64,000 nt of DNA, from the NCBI RefSeq assembly GCF_964194025.1, contig NC_134472.1, positions 48,422,001-48,486,000 on the forward strand. The letters run 5' to 3'. Shown piece by piece: positions 36,001-50,000 of this stretch. The DNA is from Convolutriloba macropyga. Taxonomy: Eukaryota. Positions within the stretch are counted from its first letter, which is position 1. Every line of letters starts with the position of its first letter. Below the pieces are notes generated by a model. That model was not told the origin of the DNA and did no database searches. It was given only the letters and a program-made list of their open reading frames with translations. A program made the translations under genes and the position numbers.

Positions 36001-39000
36001 ATGCGTGAAAATAAAGCAATTAGGTCTAATTACTGAAGAGCAGAGAAAAGAGAGGGGTTTTCTGTTCCTGTCATATTTTTGAGAGATGGAATTTTTACGG
36101 AAATTTGATGCTAGTCTTGTTTGTCAACAAAAGTGTTTTACACTCGAAGTGGAGTATTAGTACCCTACCGGTTCTTACGAGCTGAAACTAAATACTGATT
36201 TTCTGATGGTCTTTTTACTATTCGAAGATGAGTATTGGTGTTCTACAGGTTTTTCACGACTTGAAGGGGGAGTATTGGTATTCTACAGGTTTCTACAATC
36301 CTAAAATAGTATTGTATTGGTGCTGTCTTTCTACAATCCAAAAATCGGCTGTATTGGGGCTCTGTCTATTTATTACAATCCGAGATTTGGATTATATTGG
36401 TGCTGTCTTTTTTACGAAGAGGAGTATTGTGCTGAGGTTTTTTGAACGGTTACTTTGTTAGAGTGTATTTAAAACAGGAAAAGAAATGCGTGAAAATAAA
36501 GCAATTACGTCTAATTACTGAAGGGGTTTTCTTTTACTGCCATAATTTTGAGAGATGGAGTTTTGATGGAAATTTGATGCCAGTCTTGTTCGTGAACAAA
36601 AGTATTTTACACTCAAAGAGGAGTATTGGTGCCCAACCGGTTTTTAAGAGCGGAAACTAAATACTGGTTTTCTGATGGACTTTTTACTATTCGAAGAAGA
36701 GTATAGGTATTCTACAGGTTTTTTACGACTCGGGGCTTTATCTTTTCATTGCATTCCGGTATTTGGATTATATTGGTGCTGTTTTTTTACAACTCATAAA
36801 ATTCTATGTAAAAGCATTCAGCGCTAAGTTAACAAAGCTCGTTAAAATTCATTGCGCAGAAACCTTTTCATTAGGGACCTTTATTACATATATGAGTTAG
36901 GTTGACCGTAATCTATTTCAAATTAAATCAAAGTTTTAAAGTACAAAAGTCATTTTATTGGGTAAGGTAGGTCAGGTGTGATCAAAATCCCATCACTTAA
37001 AAATTTTTGCTTGAGACAATGAGAAATGTCACGTGTATAAAGCCAATAGTGAGAGGAAGGAGTCATTCAGAAAAATTGACTTTTCAACTTTGTTGTGCGA
37101 GCAAATGTAAAACGAAAAAGAGCGTCAGACGACGAAAAAACATAGCATTACAATTCAAGAAATACAAATCAAAGAACTGAATGAAAATCTTAAAACTCCT
37201 GTACCTGAACAGCGGATCAATTGAACAATGCCAGCCAAAAAGAAATACAATCTAAAAAATAGAGAAGCTAAAATAAGCAAACTAAACAAAGAAATAATCA
37301 TTGCTAAAACTCTTAAAGCTTTTACCCGAAAGCAACATTGGTCAAATATACCAATCAACCGACGCACAAGCCTTGAAAGGGGTTATTTTTATTGGCCGAT
37401 AACGATAAAACTCGAGAAATATGACATACTCTACAGAATTCGGACGAACCGCTCTTCAACAAAAGGTGGGGCTTGATTTTATTGTTACCTGTTTCAGCCA
37501 GGAGGAGGGGTGAAAGCTTGATTGTACTTTGCGTTAATGGGGGAAAGCAATAGCTTTATTAAAGAGCTTCAAACTATTATAGACGTCTAAAACGATTTGA
37601 GTTCAATTAATAAAACCATTTCTGGCGCACTATAGCTGTTTGGTTTTGAACAGTAATCTGACTCCAATTAATTTTGGCTGCTTAAAATTACAAATGGGAG
37701 CAAATAAAATCACTTGCAGAATTTTTTTGATTAAACTTAAAAAACTTGACCCAGATTGGATTATGAATGGGTTGGGAAACCGATTTATAAAACAATCAAA
37801 TGAAAAAATTGTAAAAATCAACGTCAAACTGCCGCATATGAACCAAAAAACCACTAGCGAGAAAGTGAATTTTTGTTCAAACATTTTTTTTTACTCCATT
37901 TTAAAACTAAATCCAGAAAGTTTCATGCTGCAAAACCAGCCGCTCTTTCATCGTTTTTTTTTCAAATGGTGACCAAAATCACGATTCCAATTTGACTTCA
38001 AAATTCATGAAATTGTGTTAACAGATCTTAAAAAAGGCAGCGCCCCAATACAATTCAAATTCTTTGAATTAAAAAAACCAAGAGCACCGCAATATAGCTC
38101 CACTCAGCTTACAGCTTTGCAGCAATAACTATTAAGCATATTATAAACTCCCATTCGATCGCCCATAATCTGTCGCCCCATCAGCCGCACAAAGCGCAAT
38201 TGTTTTTCCAATCGTTCTTCTAGATCAAGAGGAGTATTCAGATACGTTCTATGGTACATAAAACAAAAAATAAGGTACTCTTTAGTTTTAAAAACTTAAT
38301 TAAAAGTAAAAACAGGAAGAAGTTGAGTTTCTTCAATATCTAAAATTTTTATGTCTTCGATTGAGATTTATATTTTTTCCATTTCTGTCCAATCGAAAAT
38401 TTCATAAATTACAAAAAAAATCCATTTTTGATTTCAAACATTATTAAGCTCCAATACAAGATAATTCATTCAGTTTAAAGGTAATTTGGAACAATTGTAT
38501 TATTATAATTTAATACAACCCTTCTCTCAACCCCCTAAATTTGACTTTTCTTTTTTAAACAGCAACACTTTATCAACCTGTGGTTCACAAAATCGTCTTT
38601 CTCCACTACGATGCATAAAAAGGTAAAGACTGACTGAAGAAAAAAGGCCAGCCTCGCGTATATATATTCCCCCATTTTGAAAAAAGGAACACGTGAGAAC
38701 CACCACTTTGGCGAACTTACAATTGCAAACGAAACTGCATAAAAAATCATCAAATTAAACACCTGCGACGGTTATTTCAGTTTCCTATACTTGTCCTGAC
38801 TTTAGTTTTTAAGGACCTTGAAGCAAAATGGAGCCATGCCTTCAATGGAAATTTGATGCTAGTCTTGCTCGTTAACAAAAATAACTTACTTTTTTACACT
38901 CGAAGAGGAGTATTGGTACCCTACCGTTTTTTACGAGCTGAAAGTGAACACTGGTTTTCTGATGGTCTTTTCTTTATTCGAAGATGAGATTTGGTATTCT

Positions 39001-40959
39001 ACAGGTTTATTAAGAATCGATTGGAGCTTTATCTCTTTTTTACAATCTGAGATTTAGATTATATTGGTACTCTGTCTTTTTTTAGGACTCGAAGAGCAGT
39101 GTTGTGCTGAGTTTTTTTGAACGGTTACTTCGTTAGAGTTATTTAAAAAAGGAGATGAAATGAGTGAAAACAAAGCAATTACGTCTAATTACTGAAGAGC
39201 AGAGAAAAGAGGGGTTTTCTGTTCCTGCCATATTTTTGAGAGAGAGTTGGATTTTTGATGGAAATTTGATGCTAGCCTTGTTCGTCAACAAAATTTTTCA
39301 CGCTCGAAGAGAATATTGGTACCCTACCCTACCGGTTTTTACGAGCTGAAACTAAACACTGGTTTTCTGATGGTCTTTTTTTACTGGAAGATGAGTATTG
39401 GTATTCTACACGTTTTTTACGACTCGATGGGGGCTTTATCTTTTTATTGCAATCCGACATTTGGATTATATTGGTGCTCTGTCTTTTTCACAACTCATAA
39501 AACTCTATGTAAAAGCATTCAGCGTTAAATTAACAAGGCTCGTTAAAATTCATTGCGCAGAAGCCTGAGCATATTGAGTTCTGTTGACCTTAATTTAATT
39601 CAAAATAAATCTAAATTTTAGAGTACTAAAGTCATTTCATTGAGTAAGGTAGGTCAGCTATGATCAAAATCTCATCACTTAAAAACTTTTGCTTGAGACA
39701 ATGAGAAATGTCACGTGCGCAAAGCCAATAGTGAGAGGGAGAAGTCATTCGGAAAATTTGACTTTTCAACTTTGGTGTTCGAAAAAATGTAAAACGAAAA
39801 AGAGCGTCAGACAACGAAAAAAACATAGCAGTGCAATTCGTGAAAAACAAATCGAAGAATTGAATGCAAATCTTAAAACTCTTGTATCTGAACAGCAGAT
39901 CAATTGAACAATGCCAGCCAAAAAAAATACAATCTAAAAAGTAGAGAAGCTAATATAATCAAATAAACTTAACAAAGAGATAATCATTGCTAAAATTCTT
40001 AAAGCTTTCACCCGAAGGCAAAATTGGTCAAATTAATTATACAAATCAACCCACGCACAAGCCTTGAAAAAGGTTTTTTTTATTGGCCGATAACGATAAA
40101 AATCGAGAAATATGACAAATAAAAGGTAGAACATAGAAGGAGGCAAAGTTTAATAATTTCGCATTAAGAAGTTCAAAACCACTTTTTAGATGGTTAGGTA
40201 AAATCAAATATCTTGATGTTTACCCCAAACAAAGAGTTAACTTATATTTAACAGACTTAAGTTTTTTCATTCAGTCAATGACACGGAAACTTTTAAAAAA
40301 GGACACCGTTGTCAAAATGATCAACTAACATCGGACAAATTAATCTTCAACAACAGGTGGGGCTTATTGTTACCTGTTTCAGCCAGGAGGGGGTGAACGC
40401 TTGATTGTACTTTGCGTTAGCGGGGGAAAGCAATAGCTTTATTAAAGAGCTTCAAACTATTATAGACGTCTAAAACAATTTGAGTTCAATTAATAAAAAC
40501 ATTTCTGGCGCAATATAGCTGTTTGGTTTTGAACACTAATATGACTCCAATTGAGTTTGGCTGCTTAAAATTACGAATGGGAGCAAAAAAAACCACTTCC
40601 AAAAAATTTTTTTGAAAACCTAAAAAACTTGACCCAGATTGGATTATGAATGGGTTGAGAAACCGATTTAGAAAACAATCAAATGAAAAAATTTGTAAAA
40701 ATCAATGTCAAACTGCCGCATGTGAACAAAAAAAACACTAGCGAGAAAGCGAATTTTTGTTCGAACATTTTTTCTTACTCCATTTTAAAACTAAATCCAG
40801 AAAGTTTCACGCTACTAGACCAGCCGCTCCTTCATCGCTTTTTCAAATAGTGACCAAAATCACTACTCCATATTGACTTCAAAATTCATGAAATTGTGTT
40901 AACAGATCTTAAAAAAGACAGCGCCCCAAATACAATTCAAATTCTTTGAATTGTAAAAA

Positions 40960-42570
40960 CATAGCCCTAAGAATTCCGGAAGCGACTCGAAGCATCAAAA
41001 CTTCACTAACAAAACCGTTATTGCAGCGGAAGCAACTACTTTTTGTATTAAACCATTAACTCACAACCTTTCCAGGTCAGCTCTAAAAAATTGATGAAAC
41101 TTAAATCACTGTCACCAAGAGAAACAAAATGCAGCAAAATTTTATATCATTGACAACATTTGGTAACGTTAAAAACCCGAATTAATTAAAGAGGTCAAAA
41201 AAGTGATAGACTGAAAAAGCTGACAAGGTTATCAATTGCCCTCAAATAATTCATGATTTTAATCTGAAAAAGATCGCGAAAGCAAACGGCAGATAATAAT
41301 CTTAGAAACTAAGTTAAATCTTTTCAATATAGAAAGCTCAAATTTAAGAATCAGAAAACACCTATAATTAAATTTCTTATAACTGCAATTAAGACAAAAA
41401 AACAACAGACACTTGTTCCTTGCTCTAGATATGCTGGACAACATGATTTCATACTATATCAAAAATTAAATTGATCGTAGAAAATACATAAGCAGCAGAA
41501 GATTATTCAAAGGCAAAAAATCGTTTAATTTAATACCAAGGCCGCAAGAAAGTTGCAGTAAAAAGTCTTAAGTGGAAATTGCGGAAAAAGCTTGCTATCA
41601 AACTCTCAGTACTGCCTTATGTTGAATGCAATCAAATGCAAACCAAAGAAATGACGAAAATCAAAGAAAAAGCTGAAATCATTCATTTTTAAAAACTGAA
41701 AAAATCAATATACCGAAAATAGATGTAGGTGCCAGGACAAAGATAGAAAGATACAAACTAGAATGTGAAGAAAATGGGCACAATGTAAGGAACACCGTAA
41801 CAAGAACACATTCTTCATTTTTGAAAGTTAAAAATCAATTAAAATTCAAGAAAAACGAATACATTTCATTGTTCAGCTTTCAAGACATATAAAAGATAAC
41901 TAATCATCCGATACAAAGATCTATTCTCCTGAAGAGAACAAAAAATAGAAAAAGCAGAATTCGTAAATACGAAAAATTGAAAAACTTTTAAGACAGCATT
42001 TATGAAAAATTTTTAACTGTTTTTCAAAAACCTAACGCCAAAAAATGATTGAATTTTTATTGAAACGAAAATAAAAGTACCTCACGTTGCTCAAAAAGAC
42101 TATTTCTAGCAATTACAACCAAAAAAAAACAAACAAAAAACTGAAGAAAATCAGAAAAAAAACTACCAAAATCGGATTAGCATATGTAAATTTTAAACAA
42201 AATTACATCGAGGTAGAAAGAGGCGTTATCAAAGAGAAGTTACCATATTAACTGATTTTTGACAAAAAGACGGTTAAAAGATCCAAAAATGAAGAAATTA
42301 ATAGAAAAATAGCCAAGAATTAACTAAAAACTTAAGAAGTTTGTGCCAATTTTCAACTTGAAACGCAATTTATGGCCTCTGCAAAACACTGTGGAATCAA
42401 TTTCCGAAGTTGACATTTCAATATAGCATCGAATAAACTTCATTTCTATAAGAAACCAAATTAAAAGCAAAAACAATTGGGCCACTTAGTCCAAAAAACG
42501 GCTAAAAACGGTTATCTGTATGTGCCATTCAGTCAGAAACTACTTTTCAAAGTCAAAAATTCATTCACTA
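40960..42570 (+). pseudogene. Possible highly decayed LINE RT relic
   Basis: Remnants FLALDM (~41415), ENYISSRR (~41480) and AYV(E) (~41615) occur in RT motif order. Confidence 0.3.
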
Positions 42571-44129
42571 AACGAAGCGCATGATCAAAAAACTTCTCTC
42601 GCTTAGCGAAAATCTGTTGACCGAGACAGCTTTTCTCACTTTCGCTTTTAGGTCAAATGCCGCGTGAACAAATCTACTTCCTGTAAAAAAAAAGACCGAG
42701 AGAAAACCAACACTCCTCTTCGAGTCGTCAAAAAACCAAGAGCATTGCAATATAGCTCCACTCAGCTTACAGCTATAATTATTAAACTTTTTATAAACTC
42801 CCATTCGATCGCACATAATCTGTCGCCCCATCAGCCGCACAAAGCGCAATTGTTTTTCCAATCGTTCTTCTAGATCAAGAGGAGTATTCAGATACGTTCT
42901 ATGGTACATAAAACAAAAAAATAAGGTACTCTTTAGTTTTAAAAACTTAATTAAAAGTAAAAACAGGAAGAAGTTGAGTTTCTTCGATATCTAAAATTTT
43001 TATGTCTTCGATTGAGATTTATATTTTTTCCATTTCTGTCCAATCGAAAATTTCATAAATTACAATAAAAATCCATTTTTGATTTCAAACATTATTAAGC
43101 TCCAATACAAGATAATTCATACAGTTTAAAGGTAATTTGGAACAATTGTATTATTATAATTTAATACAACCCTTCTCTCAACCCCCTAAATTTGTCTTTT
43201 CTTTTTTAAACAGCAACACTTTATCAACCTGTGGTTCACAAAATCGTCTTTCTCCACTACGATGCATAAAAAGTTAAAAACTGACTGAAGAAAAAAGGCC
43301 AGCCTCGTGTATATATATTCCCCCATTTTGAAAAAAGGAACACGTGAGAACCACCACTTTGGCGAATTTACAATTGCAACCAAAACTGCATAAAAAATCA
43401 TCATGTGAAATTCTGCTCGCTAAGCAAGTGTTTTGATACTTTTTATCGCTCTTTCAAAAATTGGCATGTACAAAACATTGCTCTTGTCTGCACTCTTTGT
43501 TCAACAAATTATCATTTACTTACGTTCAGTACTGACTTGTAAAAAGTTTTAGAACAGCTTGACAGGTAGAACAAAACTCCGAGTCGTTAAAATCAGCAGC
43601 TCGCCATAACTACTTTCGGCACGTAAACTCATCTTGGTTAGTAAAGACACTCCTCTAAAAATCCTCTCCGAGTCGTATAAAGACTTTCTGTACTCAAATT
43701 GTTCATAAAAGCATTTTGTACAACCTATTTACATACCCTTTTTCAACTGCGTCTCAATGATCTCTGCTCTGATTAAAAAGTACGCCACCATACTTTCAGT
43801 ACTCGAAACCAAAATACAGCGATTTATCTACTTTTAGCTTACAGCTACACAAGATATGTTAAAGCAACCACTTTGGAAAATGTAGCTTTCTTTGTAGCAT
43901 GAACTGCTGTGTCTGAGAACTTAGAATAGACATGAAGACTTAGAATATTCACCAATCAGAAGGTCTAACGTCCTCAAGCAGAAATTCACAGAAACTTAAA
44001 TTTGGTACTACATAATTTGGTAACTACTTTTTCACTTGAAACAAAATGTTTATTGATCTTAGCTAAAGGATTGCATCTCAACTTAAGGTAGCGTCTTAAT
44101 ATATTAGCAAAAAGATTGTCATGTCAACT

Positions 44130-46950
44130 TTAGTTTGAAGTGTTGGCGCACATGCAGGTCGCAGGTAGTACACCTGCTGATTGACAATTTCTCTCACTGC
44201 TGATCATTTCGTTCAAAATATCAAATACTTTTCTCTTTCGCCTCCTCTCCAACCAACCACCGTCATCATCAGCCTCATGTGTTATCGGATCTGAGCTTCC
44301 AGTTAGAGACAAAATTGTCTTCCGAACATCGTACATGGTCACCAATTGGTACTGATTATGTGCGATAGTATTTACATTGCCCACTCCACTTGGAGTAATA
44401 GAGATGAGAAGAGGATCGTGCATTTCTTCTTGCGACCAGCCAGCATCCGGGAAGAGACGTAGAACCGGATGCATGTGATTTCCGTGATCAGATAGAAGAA
44501 AGAAAGCAGTGTTGTTTAAAGCTCCACTCGATATGAACTTCGATAAAAAGGACACTAAACAACCATTGCCAGAATACAAAATCCGCATCGATCAATTCTG
44601 AGATCAAATTCATGTTCTTATTATTTATCTGAGTGACTATTATTATGATCGACTAAACTGATCAAATTTTCGCTCAATTATTCCAATGATTGAGTTGCTG
44701 TTTTGTGAAATATACAAACTAACGCTACCAACAAAAGTTTGACTATTGTGCTATAGCTTGAATAATGAAAGCTCTTGAATAATGAAAGCTCTTGCGCAGC
44801 GAAATCCTATTGACCTGATTTTTTGCAATTGATAGTGGATCAATATGAAGTTTTTACCGCACCAAGAAAATTTAGGTTACCTAAATCACGATCTATGTTG
44901 GCAATCACTTCGCCAGTGCTCTCATGCGCTTCTGAAAAGTGGGCAGAGAACACTTTGGGCATATCCCTGTAGACTTCCCAGAAGGAAGTGATGTACTCAA
45001 GCACATACTCGTGAACTTGGCGTCCGTACATACACCTCTTCAACACTGAAAATGGCCCTAAAACAAATTTGGTATATCTTCTTCGGCTATAGCTTGTCCT
45101 TTGTTCTCAATCAGAGGCAGATACGTATATTTTGGTTCTTCTAATCATGATTGTTTCCACAATTCAACGTTCAATTAGTTCATTACGTGACCCAATTGAA
45201 AAAAAATTGCTGGTACACTGCCAGAAGATGCATGTGATAGATTCGCAGAGCTGTAGCTTCAATACAAAAAAATGCATTTTCTATTAATTGCCGAGATGTT
45301 ACATTAATCTTAGGAATCTATATAACTTATTACTGCCTATAATTACCTCCAATTAGAGGAGTAACATAAACACAGTTGAACTTATCTTGAGTCAAAGTAA
45401 AAATTATTTTGATAGGAAAGCCATTTTTATGAGGTAAATCAAGTGTGGCCGAAAACTAAATCACGCGAAAGAACAAGAACATAGCAGGACAAGTCCTGAC
45501 ACAGTTCAAAGGATTTTCAATGACTAATCAAAATATTAGACCTCGAAGGGACAATAAAATAATAGGGAAAAGAACTTAAAAACCGATCAAAACATTTTTA
45601 AATTAGCAAAAATCTAAGTCAAATGGCCGCATGTGAACTAAAGATTTTGTTCCAATGCCGTCTTCGCACTCTTCTTTAAAATTTGCGTTAAAAATCACGC
45701 CGCTAAAACACTCGCTTTTTCGCTCTACTTCCTGTTTCGGCGCGACCAAAATCACTATTCCAATTTGACTTCAAAAATATAGAAAATGTGCGAACAAATC
45801 TTTAAAAGACAGCGTCCTAATGCAATTTAAATTTTGAAATGTAAAAACTCGCTCCACTAAGAGCTTTCAGTCAAAATTGCATGGATGACTGAACGCAAAG
45901 GGATTTGACGTGATCGTGACGTAAAAATCAAAGTCAGTCTCGCATGTGAACAAAAACCACAATTGAGAAAGCAAATTCTTTAATCAAATTCTGTTATCTC
46001 ACAGTACTTCAAAATTTTGTTTGAAAGATTTCATGCCGCAAAACCACTCGCATTTTCGCTTCTCAAAGTGGACTTAAAAAATCACGAAAATGTGCAAACA
46101 GATCACTTTAAAAAAATGTGAAAATGTGGGAACATTTCCTAAAAAACTGCGTCCCAATACAATTCAAATTATTTCGCAGAAGAAAAACGTCCAAAAGTGA
46201 TCATAGTATAAACCAAACAAACACCAGTATTTAAAAAAATCTTTAAAAAAATGGTTTGCATCTTTTTAAACAGTTAAAGAGTGTTGACAAAGTCATTAAA
46301 ACATTATTAAGATAATATTTAATCATTTCCAAAACAGAAAAACCACATTTGTAGAAAACAAAAAGTAAAAGGACTAGAGATGAGAAAGAAAAAGACAACC
46401 GAATTGCACCAAAGTCGAGGAACATGATCGACGTCGGGCGGATTGCTCTCAAATGACCGGCGAGCGGTTGGCTTCATCAGTAGCTAGCAACGGTTTAGTG
46501 AGGCTAGCCTTAGCTTAAATAAATTCGCGAGGTTAGCGCAGGCGGGCGACGGTGGGAGGGGGATCTTTGTCTGTATGGGCCCTTACGACCTGAACGACGT
46601 GCAGGGGTGGGTTAAGTGGGGGGATCAATTTCTAAGAACCGCAGTTCACACTATAAGTATAGGTCTCCAAAACAGTTTCTGCGAATCGCATATTTTGAGA
46701 CTAGGGAGCAGAAAGACTCTAAGAGAACTTAATGTAATGCCCACTGGGTGCTATTTCTTCATCCTGTTTATGAGGACAAAAAGTCAAATGGTTCAGACGA
46801 AAAATCGGTCAAGCGAAAAGCAAAAGACGTGCTAGTTCAGTCATTTATAAAATATGTTCAAACATTCCACTATATTTCAGCGTTAACGAGGTAATAGATG
46901 ATAACATCACGCCATATAACAGCAGCTGAAGTCCGACATCAATAAGAGTT

Positions 46951-47012
<62 letters not shown>

Positions 47013-50000
47013 CTAGAGTGTGAGAGAGGAAACGTTAAAGAGAAGTAAAGAAACCCCAACCGACAGAGAGAGAGAGAGCTAGGAATGTTTCCAGGAAGAG
47101 ATTCGACTCTGCAACTTCTAGTTTTCCAGCCTTGTAAAAAATGAAATAGATAACTGAAAGGTGAAAATTTTTTAAGAGAAGTTACCAGATTCCCCAGTAA
47201 ACTCCCCAGTAAAAATATTGTTTCAAGACATTTTTTGTCTGTGGAGTTCTGTCATATAACCCATCTGCAAGAATTATAATTTCGTTGAAGAGTAAAGATC
47301 GTTAAACTCAAAAGAACAAAAATATACATTAAAATTTAAAAAATTTGCCAATTTAAACAAAATCTTGCTTATATTTGTGATATTATTATAATCAAAATCG
47401 TTTCACTGGCTCATAAAGATCCATAAACTTCGAACATATGAATTTCCGAAAATTTGCAAAAAACATGTTATTTATCAAACAATTGCCAAAACTCGAGTTA
47501 TCAAAATATTGATAACCATTCCATTAACTCTAGAAACTAGGCAGCAGCTTATTATCAAACCCCGTGCACCTAAAGTCAGAAAAATCAAAACCATTCAAAA
47601 AGGTTGAAAAAACTTGAACATATTGCAACAAATTTTAAAAAATTGCTTTAATTCGTGATATTAAAATCTTAGAAAACAATCCATTACATTTAGAAACTAT
47701 GCAGTAACCTATTATCAAACCGTGAAGGAGGCTTTCTGGCTCTTGAGGGTGGAGAAACCTACAAATGACAAATTTTAAAAACTTGAAAAATGCAAGTATC
47801 AAAAATTGCTTACTATTCCATGGCCAATGAAAATCTTCCAGTAACTTATTATCAAACCCTAAAGGAGGTTTTCTGGCCCCTGTGGCTCCAAAAACCTGAA
47901 TAATGAAAATAAAGGGCAAAAAAGATGAAAGTATTGTCAAAAGAATGCTAAAATTCAAGATGTTGAAAACCATTCCTATACAGTAACCTATTATCAAACC
48001 CTCGAGGAGGTTCCTTGATACCCATGGCTGAAAAACTCAAAAAAATGACGAAAATTTTTCACAAAAAAACTTTAAAAGTGCGAAAATTAGTAAAAAAAAA
48101 TTGCGTGTTTTTGTCTGGATTACCAAAAATTATAGCTTGAAGGACTACTAAACGCGGCTAAGGGCCTCTAATGAAACTCAATGCCCACTGTTCGCTGCCT
48201 GCTTATCCCGTTTTTAAGGAGGGAAAGTCAAATGGGAGAGACACAAAATCGGTCAAGCGAAAAATCGCAATAAAAAAGACCAACAGGATTAATATAAAGG
48301 CCACAAAAAGATCGTTTGAGAGCAATTAAAAATAAGTAATAATATTCACTAAAATACATAACCAAAACAGCCAGTCTTTTGACTAACAACAGCAAATAAA
48401 CCACATACATAATCTCAATAATCTCACAAATCTAAGCGTCAAAAAACGCCATCTGCTTTTTAAAACGAATGCTCCTAGTCAAAACTTCAGCAACTAACTG
48501 GAATCATTAAACAAATTCAATCTTCTCTCGTGAGGAAGAAACAATGAGATCTGTCAATACTGAGAATAAAAGACTAGAAACCAAAAAAGGAAGCACGGTC
48601 AAATCCAAAACATAACAGTCAGATTGCCAGGAAATAGCCGCAATAACTTTGCAGATCTACAGTCTCATGAAACATAAAAAAGTGACAGATCAAAAATCAA
48701 TATTGGATTAAACGATGAGATGATATATGTTATTATTATTATTTTAGGTTTAAGCACCATTTACAAACTCAAAAGTGCTCAAAAATCAAAGAAAAAAAAG
48801 TTTTCACTTTTTTCCGATAATCAAACACACGGAGAGTTAGTTTCATTTCAAAAGGCAACTTATTCCATTGAAAAGGAGCAACAAAACTGATTGATCTTTG
48901 CCTAAAAGCAGTCTTGACATTAGGAACTTTCAAATTGTACGCATATTGGCATCTAGCTACCTTATCATTTCGCAAAACTAACGCGCCAAGATACATCGGA
49001 ATTTTCCACGGATGGTGAAGCAAACGGTGACCAAAAGGTAGAACTTTATAGCGGACACGCTGTTTTAAAAAGCTAAGCACTTTATCTTTGAAACCCAAAC
49101 TTGTTTCAAGAATTGGAAGAAGTAATTCATACAGCCCGTTCTAATAGTTTAGATGTTACTTAGGTTTGAGATAGGTCGATATGAAAAATCTTCACAATCA
49201 GAATTTGCTTTCCTCAAGTGGGGCTTTAAAATGGCCATTTTAAAGGACTGGTGAAAACATCCCGCCTTCTGTGAAAGATTAAGAAGTTTCAAGAGGTCGA
49301 GAAAATAATTATCTGGAAAATGATTTTACAAGATGTGTCGGTATGATGTCCAGTGGAGATGTACTGTTTGACGACGCCGAAATCAAATCTCTAAACTGAC
49401 TTATCGACAACTCTGTGAACGAAATCATTGAGTTAACTTCAGCTTTCAGAAATTCAAAACCTATCGCAGTGGAAATCGATGCAAAAATAGGTTCCACTTT
49501 AATTACAAAGAACTCGTTGAAGTCGTTTGCAAGCTGTTTTTTGTTTTCATATTTCGGGAGCTGTTCTACATCTTGACCAAAAAAGCAGTTTTAAGGTGGC
49601 TAACATTTTATGGCTACAATTTTCCATCAACGCATTCTCAATGTATAATCAACGCTTCTCTAAGAATTTTTCAAAACACATATGGGTATTACTTTCATAT
49701 TCAGATTTTACTACAGATGTTTTCTACTTTCTATATTTACGCTCTGCTTTTCTCTTATTTAGTTTCAAACTCAAAAGCTCGTCGTCAAAAATGGGCATTG
49801 ATGTTCAGTAAATGTTTCTATTTTGGGTGGTAGAACAGAATCCAAAATACTCTCCTCAAACCTTACTTATCCCATGCTTCAATTCTTGATCAATACTTGA
49901 GGCACCATCAAACTTTAAGCAAGGCTTCAATAACTTAATAAAACCTTCAAAATCAAACTTATTCCAATTTCTATACATCAAATTTTGTTGAGATTTGTGT

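Larger units (their letters stand above)
23276..43680. repeat. Large composite duplicated repeat complex
   Basis: Block A 23276-24940 ~ 33770-35590. Block B (AAATTAAACACCTGCGAC..., with GAGTATTGGTATTCTACAGG subrepeats) at 24940, 35590 and 38750. Block C 36780-38075 ~ 39480-40955. Block D 38080-38750 ~ 42735-43403. Confidence 0.85.
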
